Source: an uncultured Oscillospiraceae bacterium (GTDB lineage Bacteria; Bacillota; Clostridia; Saccharofermentanales; UBA5734). From it: DNA of 64,000 nt. Shown in pieces: positions 9,901-17,775 of the stretch. Within the stretch, counting starts at the first letter, position 1, and each line of letters starts with the position of its first letter. The stretch covers positions 29,976 through 93,975 of the forward strand of contig CAZZCN010000003.1 in the NCBI GenBank assembly GCA_964652975.1, given 5' to 3'. The notes below the pieces were generated by a model, which had not been told where the DNA came from, did not search any database, and saw only the letters and a list, made by a program, of their open reading frames with translations. The position numbers and the translations under genes are program-made.

Positions 9901-10632
9901 TGATTTATAATTAAATTCACTGTTCCCATTGTAAAAAAGTTGTGCACCGGAAGCACCATATACATCCATAAGTGAAGCCTGTTGACTAAAATCATAAAGC
10001 TTCCCTTTATCCATTACTTCTATTTCTACAACCTTACTTTCAGTATTCCCGCTTAAATCGGTTGCAGATATCGTGTAATGATAACTTCCAAAATCTCCGA
10101 CCTTAAAAGTATTATTATTAATGTCAATGGATCTGTTTTGATATGATAATTTTACAATAGCTTTTAATTGTTCGCCTGAATTATCATTAATTTCATAATC
10201 TGGTAATTTGAAGTTTTTATTTAAGAAAGCAAATCCATTTGTACCTATAATATTTATGACGGGTTTCGTGGTATCAACAGTTGTTATTTTATATAATTTA
10301 TCAATTTTCCCATCTTTATAATTAAGCCAATAATACCCTTTGTATTCCAAAAATACTTTATCGCTATAAACTGGCAATAATTTACCATTAGGCGCTTCAA
10401 ATAATATTTTAGAATAATCAAGTTTCACATTTAAATCTGATAGTAATTTATCAATATTAAAATCAGTTCCGATTTCAGAAGAAATTAATGTGATATCACC
10501 ATTCTTATTAATTTTATTACTATCAGTTGTATTCTCATTTTTATTTTTTGAACTAAAAATTATCACAGCTGTCAAGGCTATTATAAAGATTAATATAAGT
10601 ATAATTCCTAACCTTTTTTTCAAAAATCTCAC
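6907..10632 (-). CDS. membrane-anchored multi-module glycan-binding protein: N-terminal TM anchor, Ig-like module, 1 divergent + 6 tandem CBM-like modules
   Basis: 1241 aa. The hydrophobic N-terminus is 'LGIILILIFIIALTAVIIFSS'. An Ig-like segment 'TTKPVINIIG...HYTISATDLSGNTESKVVEIEV' follows, and the modules are homologous to those of the 987-aa protein. The start is uncertain: GTG at 10632 abuts the RBS, whereas TTG at 10623 sits 6 nt after GAGGTG. Confidence 0.8.
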   Translation of the reverse strand: MRFLKKRLGIILILIFIIALTAVIIFSSKNKNENTTDSNKINKNGDITLISSEIGTDFNIDKLLSDLNVKLDYSKILFEAPNGKLLPVYSDKVFLEYKGYYWLNYKDGKIDKLYKITTVDTTKPVINIIGTNGFAFLNKNFKLPDYEINDNSGEQLKAIVKLSYQNRSIDINNNTFKVGDFGSYHYTISATDLSGNTESKVVEIEVMDKGKLYDFSQQASLMDVYGASGAQLFYNGNSEFNYKSNGSLKLFTTKGEARWPEIHFKNLNIDKFDDVELVYFWVYNNSEFPASIILNDKKAFYDLPLKEWSQLIIHKNELNSLFMVNGKPSLKITTMNYKNGTYKNQTDTITYDTTLYFCDINILRTNENISTINNVTDWTFESKQYLWNSIEKNNGSIVVSEEKAHNSKKSLKITGSADTFTTLKFYNDKAFSKYAKGSTVGMKLYAYIDGGNNKINLFKWSPNIEGNFGIIQKSLSSGQWIELQFKATVQEGSMGRFIQIAINEAVPSDTIYIDDISIFNIVNNIADYSFENYPFYADDIISSNGSLKITNALGHNSHKSLELTQSKDKFSTIKFYNNNLLDNHSVGDILGIKMFIYIDGSNKTVNFVKAWPKTSDKFIFIKNQLNNYKWIEITFRAYVEKDKFGKYIQIAINEAKPNDKIYIDDIGFSPIDWSFDGYKFSEDDFSYNNGNLSVSNIKGYNSKSSLKFTNSVKGWSVIKFYNDDLLKTYSIGDPVAISLNAYVEGSNGTVNFLKKIKNSDVFIKTKVENNFWHSLTYSSIIADDGLGKYITFTINNAAPTDNIYIDNIKVEKVGKNPVDYSFEDYKYFSEDISNTNGTLSVSSERGYNSRKSLLLTNSKDDWSVIDLYNLPQLNKLSIGSLIRLRLHVYIDGSNMAINIVKSDGDFALSKLESGKWVEVIVRSSVKENALGKYAEFIIHKALATDKIYIDNIAITSMDWTFENYNISENDFSHNNGDLYISNEKAFNSNKSLEFTGSLEGWSVIKFYNDNLLRDYSAGDNVAISLNAYISGSTGTVNFVKKNNDDYIFIKTKIESNFWHSITYSSVIADDGLGKYITFIINNATPMDKVYLDNITIEKTSKNSVDYTFENYKYYSEDIANTNGNLYISTKRGFNSSRSLMLTNSKDSWSVIDLYGLSGLDSIDVGNISRIKFYMYIEGSSGTINIVKPDGNFAQTNIVSANWVEVTVISKVMNNALGKYVEFIVHNAKPSDEIYFDNISIS
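6910..9507 (-). repeat. six in-frame tandem coding repeats of the same module family; the last four form a 2-module (~858 bp) higher-order duplication
   Basis: Modules start at aa 376, 525, 671, 818, 957 and 1104. Modules 3+4 (7765..8622) align pairwise with modules 5+6 (6910..7764). Confidence 0.85.
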
Positions 10633-10638
10633 CTCTTC

Positions 10639-11850
10639 CTAATTTCTAACAATACGAATATTATCTAAGTATAATTCCTTTGGGTCTCCATTATAGAATT
10701 CTTCAATTAAGAAATTAATTCCATTGAGTTTATCAAGAGTAATAAACATATCTTTAAGTGTTTTTAGAGAAACTTTCGTGTTTTCCCTGTTTGCCCAGGA
10801 ATTTGGAGGAATAATTATCCCCTGCTTATATGGTTTCATATTTTCACTCCATGCTTGAAACTCAATAGTAATATATTTATCTGATTTATTATAAATATCA
10901 AAAGCTATATCAGTTTTATTAATATCAAATTTTGTGAAATCTATTGATTTAATTAGCTTTGATGTTAACCCAATTTTCAACCATCCTGAAGTAAAACGAT
11001 ATCTTTTTATATTGCTTTTATTAATTAAAGCTTTTAACGAGCCCCTGCCTTGTGAAATAAAGTTTAAATCTCTGTTCAAAGACAATATTGGCGCTGCAAG
11101 AAATTCCGTGTCATAGCCTCCAGCTTCCATACTCCACACGTCGCCGTCATTTTCAAAAAATGAAAGTTCATCCGGTTGTAATTTTGTATTGAGAAGTGCA
11201 ATTGGGCTATTAGTTTTTACCGCTCTAAAATTATCTATATATATCTCTAAAGGCTTATCCGACAGGCTTTTTCTACTCTCAAACACCAAACAAAATTTAG
11301 TGATATTTTTTATGTTTTTTGACTTCATAAACTTTTCACGCAAGAAAGGAATGCTGACCTTATTGGAAATTCCTTTTAAAAGTGAAACGGTTGAAATGTA
11401 GGTTATTTCCCCATCTCCTTTTTCTGATTTGCTTTCAATAATGAAATCCATTTTTGTGTCCTTGTCGCTATTATTAAAAATATCTAAACGAAACTCATTG
11501 ACATCAGAATAGTCATTCTTAGAAACATATTTATTATCGGTATAGATATAAAGAAAGGGAGAAGATATTGATAAATTATAATCTGTAACATTAGGTTCCC
11601 CATATATTATAAATTTTCCACATCCTTTACCTTTTGTTATATATTTTAAATCATGAGATATAGATTCTTTTCCAAAATAATTGAAATAGTTCATTGATAA
11701 TAATTCATCATCTGTTTCAAAATCTGATAGTAATATTTCATCACCACTCCTTAATTGTGTTTTGCTTGCATTCAAGGAATTATTAACAGTGCAAGAGCAA
11801 AGAACAAAAATCAATGCATTTATCATGAAATATATAATAATTTTTTTCAT
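10639..11850 (-). CDS. lipoprotein made of two CBM-like halves, function unknown
   Basis: The track ORF starts at a TTG at 11865. The ATG at 11850 is preceded by GAGGAGAATAGAA. The lipobox is 'IFVLCSC'. The two ~180-aa halves end 'EIYIDNFRAV' and 'ELYLDNIRIV'. Confidence 0.7.
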   Translation of the reverse strand: MKKIIIYFMINALIFVLCSCTVNNSLNASKTQLRSGDEILLSDFETDDELLSMNYFNYFGKESISHDLKYITKGKGCGKFIIYGEPNVTDYNLSISSPFLYIYTDNKYVSKNDYSDVNEFRLDIFNNSDKDTKMDFIIESKSEKGDGEITYISTVSLLKGISNKVSIPFLREKFMKSKNIKNITKFCLVFESRKSLSDKPLEIYIDNFRAVKTNSPIALLNTKLQPDELSFFENDGDVWSMEAGGYDTEFLAAPILSLNRDLNFISQGRGSLKALINKSNIKRYRFTSGWLKIGLTSKLIKSIDFTKFDINKTDIAFDIYNKSDKYITIEFQAWSENMKPYKQGIIIPPNSWANRENTKVSLKTLKDMFITLDKLNGINFLIEEFYNGDPKELYLDNIRIVRN

Positions 11851-11861
11851 TTCTATTCTCC

Positions 11862-14381
11862 TCAATTCCTTCTAAACCTATAATAAATGTCATCAATGAA
11901 CAGCTTGTGTGTTTTGATTTTTTCTCCATCCAACATATTATCTGTTTCAAATTTAATGGATGAAGCATTATCTAAAATACTTTTGTCTATCGTTAAAAGA
12001 TGGCTGACATTAATTTTATTCCAGCTGTTCGCTTTTAGCTTAATGTTATCTAAGATATATTGGTCATCTGTATTGGTTCTGATAGATATCGTCATCGGTA
12101 GCATTTCACCTGCATTAAATATACTAAATGTTAGATTATCAAGTGCATTTGCATTCACAGACATCTTGGTTAAATCGAGTGAAAAACCAGATTTAAAATC
12201 CTTGTTTTGGCTTTCATTATTAAAATTCATCCCGCTTAAGGTTAATTCAGCGCTGTTTCCGTTTATAGTATAGGCAGCAAGCTTGTTGATTTTTTTCTGA
12301 TTTGCCTTTGAAACATCAGTATTCCCTTTAACACTTATAAAATCTAAATCTGAAGCGTTATCAAAATCAGTCAGTTTTTCAATTTTAGAGGATATATTTA
12401 TACTGAAAGCGTTTTGGGATTGTCCTTTTGTTGCAACTAAATTTAAAACATTGTTTTCCTTGTTCAGATTAATCTCAAATTCATACCGGTTTCCTGATCC
12501 TGCTTTTGAGATTTTAGGAGTCACGCCTTCAATTGTTAAAGTATAATCGCTGTTCACTAGTAAAGAAACCGTTGCAAAATCGCCCATTATGCTCATTTTC
12601 TCAACAGCGAATTTCATATCGCTTTGACTATTAACGATTAAATTAGCAACTTCATTTCTTGCTTCATAAAACACGTTACTGTTGATTTGAGGAATTGTAC
12701 CAGCAAATAAAGTAGAATATAATGAATTCAAAATATCATTTGAACTTAGAGTGTTTACTCTGTAAAAATCTTTAAGTTTTTTATAATTTTCTTCTAACAA
12801 ATATAAATATTCATAATCCTCCTGCCCGTCACGAATCGCCTCTAAACGGATAGAGGGAATAGGCTTAGATGAATTGTATGGTTTCCCCGGATATAAAATA
12901 TAGCCATCTCCATTAGAGGTTCTTCCAGGAATTCTGTTTACAAATTCATATGTATCAATTACTTTATATCCAAAGCCATCCGATAACCCAAAATCAACGA
13001 AACCATTAACACACCAGTAAAGATTGCCATCGATTTTGTAATCCCTTTGCATCCAATTAATAATTCTTGCACTGATAAGATTATCGTCTGTGTGATAAGA
13101 AGGATATGGATTTTGAGGAAAAACGCAGTTGTACCACCAGACTTTATTACCGCGATTATTCTGAATGTCGGTATATACCTCTCTATCAGTACTATAATCA
13201 AAGACGCTGATCAAAGGACAAAAAGTTTGTACTACATTTTTAAGATCATCCGATGCCCAGCTCGTAATAATATTGGGAATTTTTAAAATAGAATTTTTAA
13301 TGGTGCCGTTATTGCTGTTAAAATAACCCTCGTCAGTAAGTTCCTTGACAATTTGAATATAGAGTTCATCAAGGCTTTTGCTAATCTTTTTTACAATAGG
13401 GACTAGCTCAGGGCGGAAATTTGGCTCATCCACAACATCATCCAAGTATAAGTAAGCCTTACCCAAAAGATTGCGCTCGTTTGTGCTTTTGTAAGCCATT
13501 GCTTTTATGTATTTTTTTAATATGTCATAGTCAATGTCCTTATAATAGGTTGCAGACAGTTTAGTGTCATAAGCAGTTATGGTAGCATGGGGGATAACAT
13601 ACGTCGAAACCCTTGGGTCATCAAAATATTTTATAATACTCTTCATATAGCTATCTATATCGTTGACATTAGAAGGAAGCTCCTTGCCGCAAATTCTGTA
13701 GTCTAAAAGAAAATCATAATAGTTTTTATACATATCCACCGTATTATCTAGCTCACCATTTGCTAAAATGTTTCTCCATATCAAATAAGACGTGTTGGAA
13801 TGGACTGTTTTTGGAATTTCAAAATCAAAAACAGTGATTTCTACTGGAATCTTATGTGAAATTCCATCAGCGTTGAATAAAAATTCTCCTCTGTAAAGAC
13901 CGCCTTTTGCAGTTTCGGGTATTTTGACCGTAACCCAAATCCCTTGATTTTCTCCTGCTTTTATAGTATTTTCATTTTTAGCATAAATTAAATTAAGAGG
14001 TATTAATGCGTCAGGATATTCTCCTAAAGGTAAATTCTTGTTGCTACTTGTTTTTTTATCAACTTTAATATAATTTTCTTTATAAGCTACAAAGCTTTCT
14101 TTATTAATAACAGAACCATCTTCACTTTTAACATCGCTCAATGTTAATTCATAACTTTTAATATCTAAACCGGGATTAATTATTACTTGAGCTCCCTCAT
14201 ATTCACCTTTAGAAGCCTCAAATGTAAATTTACTATCCTTATTTTTATATTTAATATTTTTGAGCACTTTTAATGTATTAGGCGCGCTGTATATTCCTAT
14301 AGTATTCTTTTCATCGTAAGAACAAGAAATAGAAACAGTACTAATAATTATCATCAATATAAAGATAAGTGTTCTTTTCAT
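11862..14381 (-). CDS. GH123-like (DUF4091) putative beta-N-acetylgalactosaminidase lipoprotein with C-terminal CBM-like region
   Basis: 839 aa with signal/lipobox 'ILMIIISTVSISC'. 'WWYNCVFPQNPYPSYH..', 'NLYWCVN' and 'EAIRDGQEDYEYLYLL' match my memory of the DUF4091/GH123 catalytic domain. The C-terminus ends 'LFIDDIYYRF'. Confidence 0.55.
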   Translation of the reverse strand: MKRTLIFILMIIISTVSISCSYDEKNTIGIYSAPNTLKVLKNIKYKNKDSKFTFEASKGEYEGAQVIINPGLDIKSYELTLSDVKSEDGSVINKESFVAYKENYIKVDKKTSSNKNLPLGEYPDALIPLNLIYAKNENTIKAGENQGIWVTVKIPETAKGGLYRGEFLFNADGISHKIPVEITVFDFEIPKTVHSNTSYLIWRNILANGELDNTVDMYKNYYDFLLDYRICGKELPSNVNDIDSYMKSIIKYFDDPRVSTYVIPHATITAYDTKLSATYYKDIDYDILKKYIKAMAYKSTNERNLLGKAYLYLDDVVDEPNFRPELVPIVKKISKSLDELYIQIVKELTDEGYFNSNNGTIKNSILKIPNIITSWASDDLKNVVQTFCPLISVFDYSTDREVYTDIQNNRGNKVWWYNCVFPQNPYPSYHTDDNLISARIINWMQRDYKIDGNLYWCVNGFVDFGLSDGFGYKVIDTYEFVNRIPGRTSNGDGYILYPGKPYNSSKPIPSIRLEAIRDGQEDYEYLYLLEENYKKLKDFYRVNTLSSNDILNSLYSTLFAGTIPQINSNVFYEARNEVANLIVNSQSDMKFAVEKMSIMGDFATVSLLVNSDYTLTIEGVTPKISKAGSGNRYEFEINLNKENNVLNLVATKGQSQNAFSINISSKIEKLTDFDNASDLDFISVKGNTDVSKANQKKINKLAAYTINGNSAELTLSGMNFNNESQNKDFKSGFSLDLTKMSVNANALDNLTFSIFNAGEMLPMTISIRTNTDDQYILDNIKLKANSWNKINVSHLLTIDKSILDNASSIKFETDNMLDGEKIKTHKLFIDDIYYRFRRN

Positions 14382-14400
14382 CTAAATCCATCCCTTTCTA

Positions 14401-15957
14401 TTAAACTAGACCTGCTCTACGCAAAAGGTCAGTCCATGCTGATGCATTATTTCCCGTATAGCTGGTATAATTATAGTCATATATTTGTTGAGCTGTTTTC
14501 TTCAATTTGGGATCAGTTGTACTTAAAAGCATTTCCAATGAACCATTTGTAACCAAATTGAATGGCACCAAACCACCTTTATAAACTAGTGGACTTGTAT
14601 AATCAACGTATACATATTCAGCGTTTTGAGAAATGTCAATCGCACTTTTCAGTAAACTGCTAAATCCATTATATAAATCAGCATCATTCTTTACATTGTA
14701 TCCAAATGGAAGAGTTACACCTTTTAAGGCTTTAGTATATGTTTTTTGTCCTTTATCTGAAGCCATAAATACTAAGAATTTTTTTGCTAAATCTTTTGCA
14801 TTTGAATAGGTTGGAATAAATGCATTATGACCAAAGCTAATTGTATTAACTAAATATCTTGCCTTTTTAACTTTGTTAAAATCATCTTCGCTCACGTTAT
14901 TATAAGATGTTTCATTTTTATCAATTGCGTTCACTACAGCACTTAAGGTTTTATCATCCTTAATCGTTTTAAGAGTTTTTATTAAAGAACTAATAACCGG
15001 TGTCTTCATAAATCTTATATCTGAATTTTCCGAATTTTCTTTCATTTCATTTGCTAACCAGTCACCATTCGACATCATGACAGCGTTACCCAGCATAAAA
15101 TATGTTTGAGCTTCAGAAAATGAATAACTATTACTTTTTGGTTCTGTAAGTCCATTTTCCGGCTTGACAATTTCTTCTAGAACTTTTAAGCATTCAAGTC
15201 TGCCAGGCTGCAAAAACATGCCTTGACCTCTTGCGTATTCATTGCTATAGTCTTTATATTTTCCTTGATAAAACTTTAAATAGTCATCTAATCCCTGATA
15301 TTGCGCCCACCAGGTGAGATAGCAAAAATACCAGTATTGTACATCGCCTGAATGAATAAAAGCTGATTTTCCTGCCTTTTTTATAGAATTTGCAAACGCA
15401 ATTAATTCATTGGTAGTATTTGGCAATTTATAATTAGTTCCTATAGCTTTTTCCAAGACAGTTTTATTATAAATAAGTCCATCCATTCCTTGTACCCAGG
15501 GAAAAGAAAAATACCTGCCATCTGCTTTTTCATAAAATCTTTTATAACTTTTATTCATTTTATCTTTTACAGATTTTGTTTCATTGGTGGGTATGGCACT
15601 GTAAACATCCGTTAATTCTTCCAATTTTCTTTCATTTGCAGGCTTTGACAGATCATCAGCAATTAAATCATCAACATAATCAGTTGTAAAAAACAAATCA
15701 GTTGAATCATTTTTTGCACCGGATTGAAGTTTAGTTCTTATTAAATCTGAATATGTAGTGGTTTTTATATTTACAGTCGCACCGTTATTATCTATGGAGA
15801 ACTCTTTTGCCAGTTCATCAAGCCATGCCCTTCCATAACCTTTTTCTACAAGATAAATATTTAGTGTTTTCGCATCGTCTGTAGTTTTCCCTTTACATGC
15901 AGTAAAAGAAGTTAATACCATACTGATAGTTATAATAATTAGTAGTGCTTTTCTCAT
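14401..15957 (-). CDS. ABC transporter extracellular solute-binding lipoprotein (large LplA-like, CUT1 type)
   Basis: The ATG at 15957 is preceded by CAGGAGGGAAAATT. The lipobox is 'LTSFTAC'. The ~518-aa size and position next to two sugar permeases fit this class. Confidence 0.8.
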   Translation of the reverse strand: MRKALLIIITISMVLTSFTACKGKTTDDAKTLNIYLVEKGYGRAWLDELAKEFSIDNNGATVNIKTTTYSDLIRTKLQSGAKNDSTDLFFTTDYVDDLIADDLSKPANERKLEELTDVYSAIPTNETKSVKDKMNKSYKRFYEKADGRYFSFPWVQGMDGLIYNKTVLEKAIGTNYKLPNTTNELIAFANSIKKAGKSAFIHSGDVQYWYFCYLTWWAQYQGLDDYLKFYQGKYKDYSNEYARGQGMFLQPGRLECLKVLEEIVKPENGLTEPKSNSYSFSEAQTYFMLGNAVMMSNGDWLANEMKENSENSDIRFMKTPVISSLIKTLKTIKDDKTLSAVVNAIDKNETSYNNVSEDDFNKVKKARYLVNTISFGHNAFIPTYSNAKDLAKKFLVFMASDKGQKTYTKALKGVTLPFGYNVKNDADLYNGFSSLLKSAIDISQNAEYVYVDYTSPLVYKGGLVPFNLVTNGSLEMLLSTTDPKLKKTAQQIYDYNYTSYTGNNASAWTDLLRRAGLV

Positions 15958-15973
15958 AATTTTCCCTCCTGTT

Positions 15974-16849
15974 TTATCCTTTAATTCCACCTGTTACCAT
16001 GTTTTCCATAATAGTATTTTGAAAAATGGCAAAAATAACAAGCATTGGTAACATAGATATTAGTATTCCTGCAAAATATACAGGCCAATTCATATTATAT
16101 TGGGCGATAGTTTGATAGCTGAACAAGCCCGATGCCAAGGTTGGATAGCTTGGCAGATAAATAATAGGCAATGTATAATCATTCCATACACCTATCATCT
16201 GCACTACTGCTATGGACATAATTGATGGCATTGCTTGTGGTAACATAACATTAAAAAATATTCGATAATGGCTTGCCCCGTCTATACTGGCGGCTTCCAT
16301 ATAAGTGGTTGATAAATTTTTAAAATATGCATATAGTATTAAAAACGTAAATCCAAAACCACTTGTAAACATAATTAATATAAACGGTGTATCATAAATA
16401 TTTAAATCATTTATTAGTTTATATTGCGCAGGTAATGCACCTACAATTGGAATTATCATAATAAATATTGCTAGGTTGTAAATGAATTGTTTGCCGATAA
16501 AATTATATTTGGCAACAACATACGCAGTCATAGAAGTAACAAAAACAGTAATAGTTGTTGCAAATACGGTAAGCCATACCGAATTGAATATCATAGAAAA
16601 CATATTGTTTCCGCCATATTCAAGCAGAGAAAATGCCTTTAAAAAATTATCAAATCTCAATATCGAAGGTATTCCCAATTTGTCGGTTAAGAATTCTATA
16701 TTGCTTTTCAACGATGAACTTATGGCCCAATAAAATGTGTAAAAAAAGCTTGATGTGTAGGTGCCAAAAACAATAGTTAAAATAACTCTTGATATTTTTT
16801 CTTGTTTTGATAGCTTTTTGTATTTTTTAAACATAAATTTCCCTACCAT
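15974..16849 (-). CDS. carbohydrate ABC transporter permease (LplC/AraQ-like)
   Basis: 291 aa, multi-TM, with an EAA-like loop 'MEAASIDGASHYRIFFNVMLP'. It overlaps the upstream permease by 7 nt. Confidence 0.85.
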   Translation of the reverse strand: MVGKFMFKKYKKLSKQEKISRVILTIVFGTYTSSFFYTFYWAISSSLKSNIEFLTDKLGIPSILRFDNFLKAFSLLEYGGNNMFSMIFNSVWLTVFATTITVFVTSMTAYVVAKYNFIGKQFIYNLAIFIMIIPIVGALPAQYKLINDLNIYDTPFILIMFTSGFGFTFLILYAYFKNLSTTYMEAASIDGASHYRIFFNVMLPQAMPSIMSIAVVQMIGVWNDYTLPIIYLPSYPTLASGLFSYQTIAQYNMNWPVYFAGILISMLPMLVIFAIFQNTIMENMVTGGIKG

Positions 16850-17775
16850 TCCGCATCATTTCCAATTTTGTTAAGAATGTATTTTACTGTCATAACAATT
16901 GGAAAAGCTATTGCAGTGAAAAATAATCCAACAGCAGATGAATATTCATAAGATTTATATTGTGTTACTTGCCAGAAAATCCAAAACGAGATTGTATTGG
17001 TTTGATATTTACCCTCTGAGAACAGAAGTATCGGACCTGAAGCTGTGAAAATCCCAACTATGGAAACTAAAAGCAAAGTGGAAATCGTTGGCCATATTAA
17101 TGGAATTACAATTTGAAAGATCTCTCTGAATTGTCCCACTCCGTCTATTTTTGAATACTCAATAACACTCTCGGGAATTCTAAGCATCGCACCACTGAAC
17201 AAAACCATATTTAGCCCAAAACCAGTCCATATACAATAAATGATAATGCTTTGAAGTGCATATCTGGAATCAACCAGGAAAAACGGAGCTTTGACGTGAA
17301 AAAGAAATTCATAAAGAATGCTGACAGGCCCATTTGGTCCTAAAATACCTTTATAGATTGAAACTAACACCACTGACGAAAATATCATTGGAAGAAAGAA
17401 AATGAATTTGTATAATCTATATCCTATTATTTTTTTATATAAATAATATGCAAAAAACAATGATAAAGGTAATATGATAAATAAATTTACCGAAAAGAAT
17501 ATTAGTGTGTTTCTTAAAGCCATCGGCAATTCAGATGTGTCTCTGCCAAACTCTCTAAACAACATATTGAAATTATCTAAAGTAAATACTGTGCCACTTG
17601 CGTTTGTTTGCTTGAAAGCAAGTAGAATGGAATTTAAATTTACATAAAGCCAAAACACTATAAAATTAACAATAGCAATAGATAGCATTGAGTAAACAAA
17701 AATATATTTTTTTGCATTTTTACTCAATCCTTTTTTTTCTTTATTTTTCGCAAACTTCATTGCCATCGAAATCAA
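16843..17775 (-). CDS. carbohydrate ABC transporter permease (LplB-like)
   Basis: 310 aa, multi-TM, with an EAA-like loop 'IEYSKIDGVGQFREIFQIVIP'. A 4-nt overlap with the GH36 gene suggests translational coupling. Confidence 0.85.
   Translation of the reverse strand: MISMAMKFAKNKEKKGLSKNAKKYIFVYSMLSIAIVNFIVFWLYVNLNSILLAFKQTNASGTVFTLDNFNMLFREFGRDTSELPMALRNTLIFFSVNLFIILPLSLFFAYYLYKKIIGYRLYKFIFFLPMIFSSVVLVSIYKGILGPNGPVSILYEFLFHVKAPFFLVDSRYALQSIIIYCIWTGFGLNMVLFSGAMLRIPESVIEYSKIDGVGQFREIFQIVIPLIWPTISTLLLVSIVGIFTASGPILLFSEGKYQTNTISFWIFWQVTQYKSYEYSSAVGLFFTAIAFPIVMTVKYILNKIGNDAEW

Noticed and set aside
3886-10632. Regular ~415-bp DNA periodicity, considered as a CRISPR-like, satellite or mobile-element array
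   Set aside because: The repeats are in-frame coding modules of two long ORFs with signal or anchor sequences. The period is far too long for CRISPR and there are no spacers.
11851-11865. TTG-initiated extension 'MRRIE' of the 408-aa lipoprotein
   Set aside because: The extension is itself the GAGGAG RBS for the ATG at 11850 and overlaps the stop of the upstream gene.
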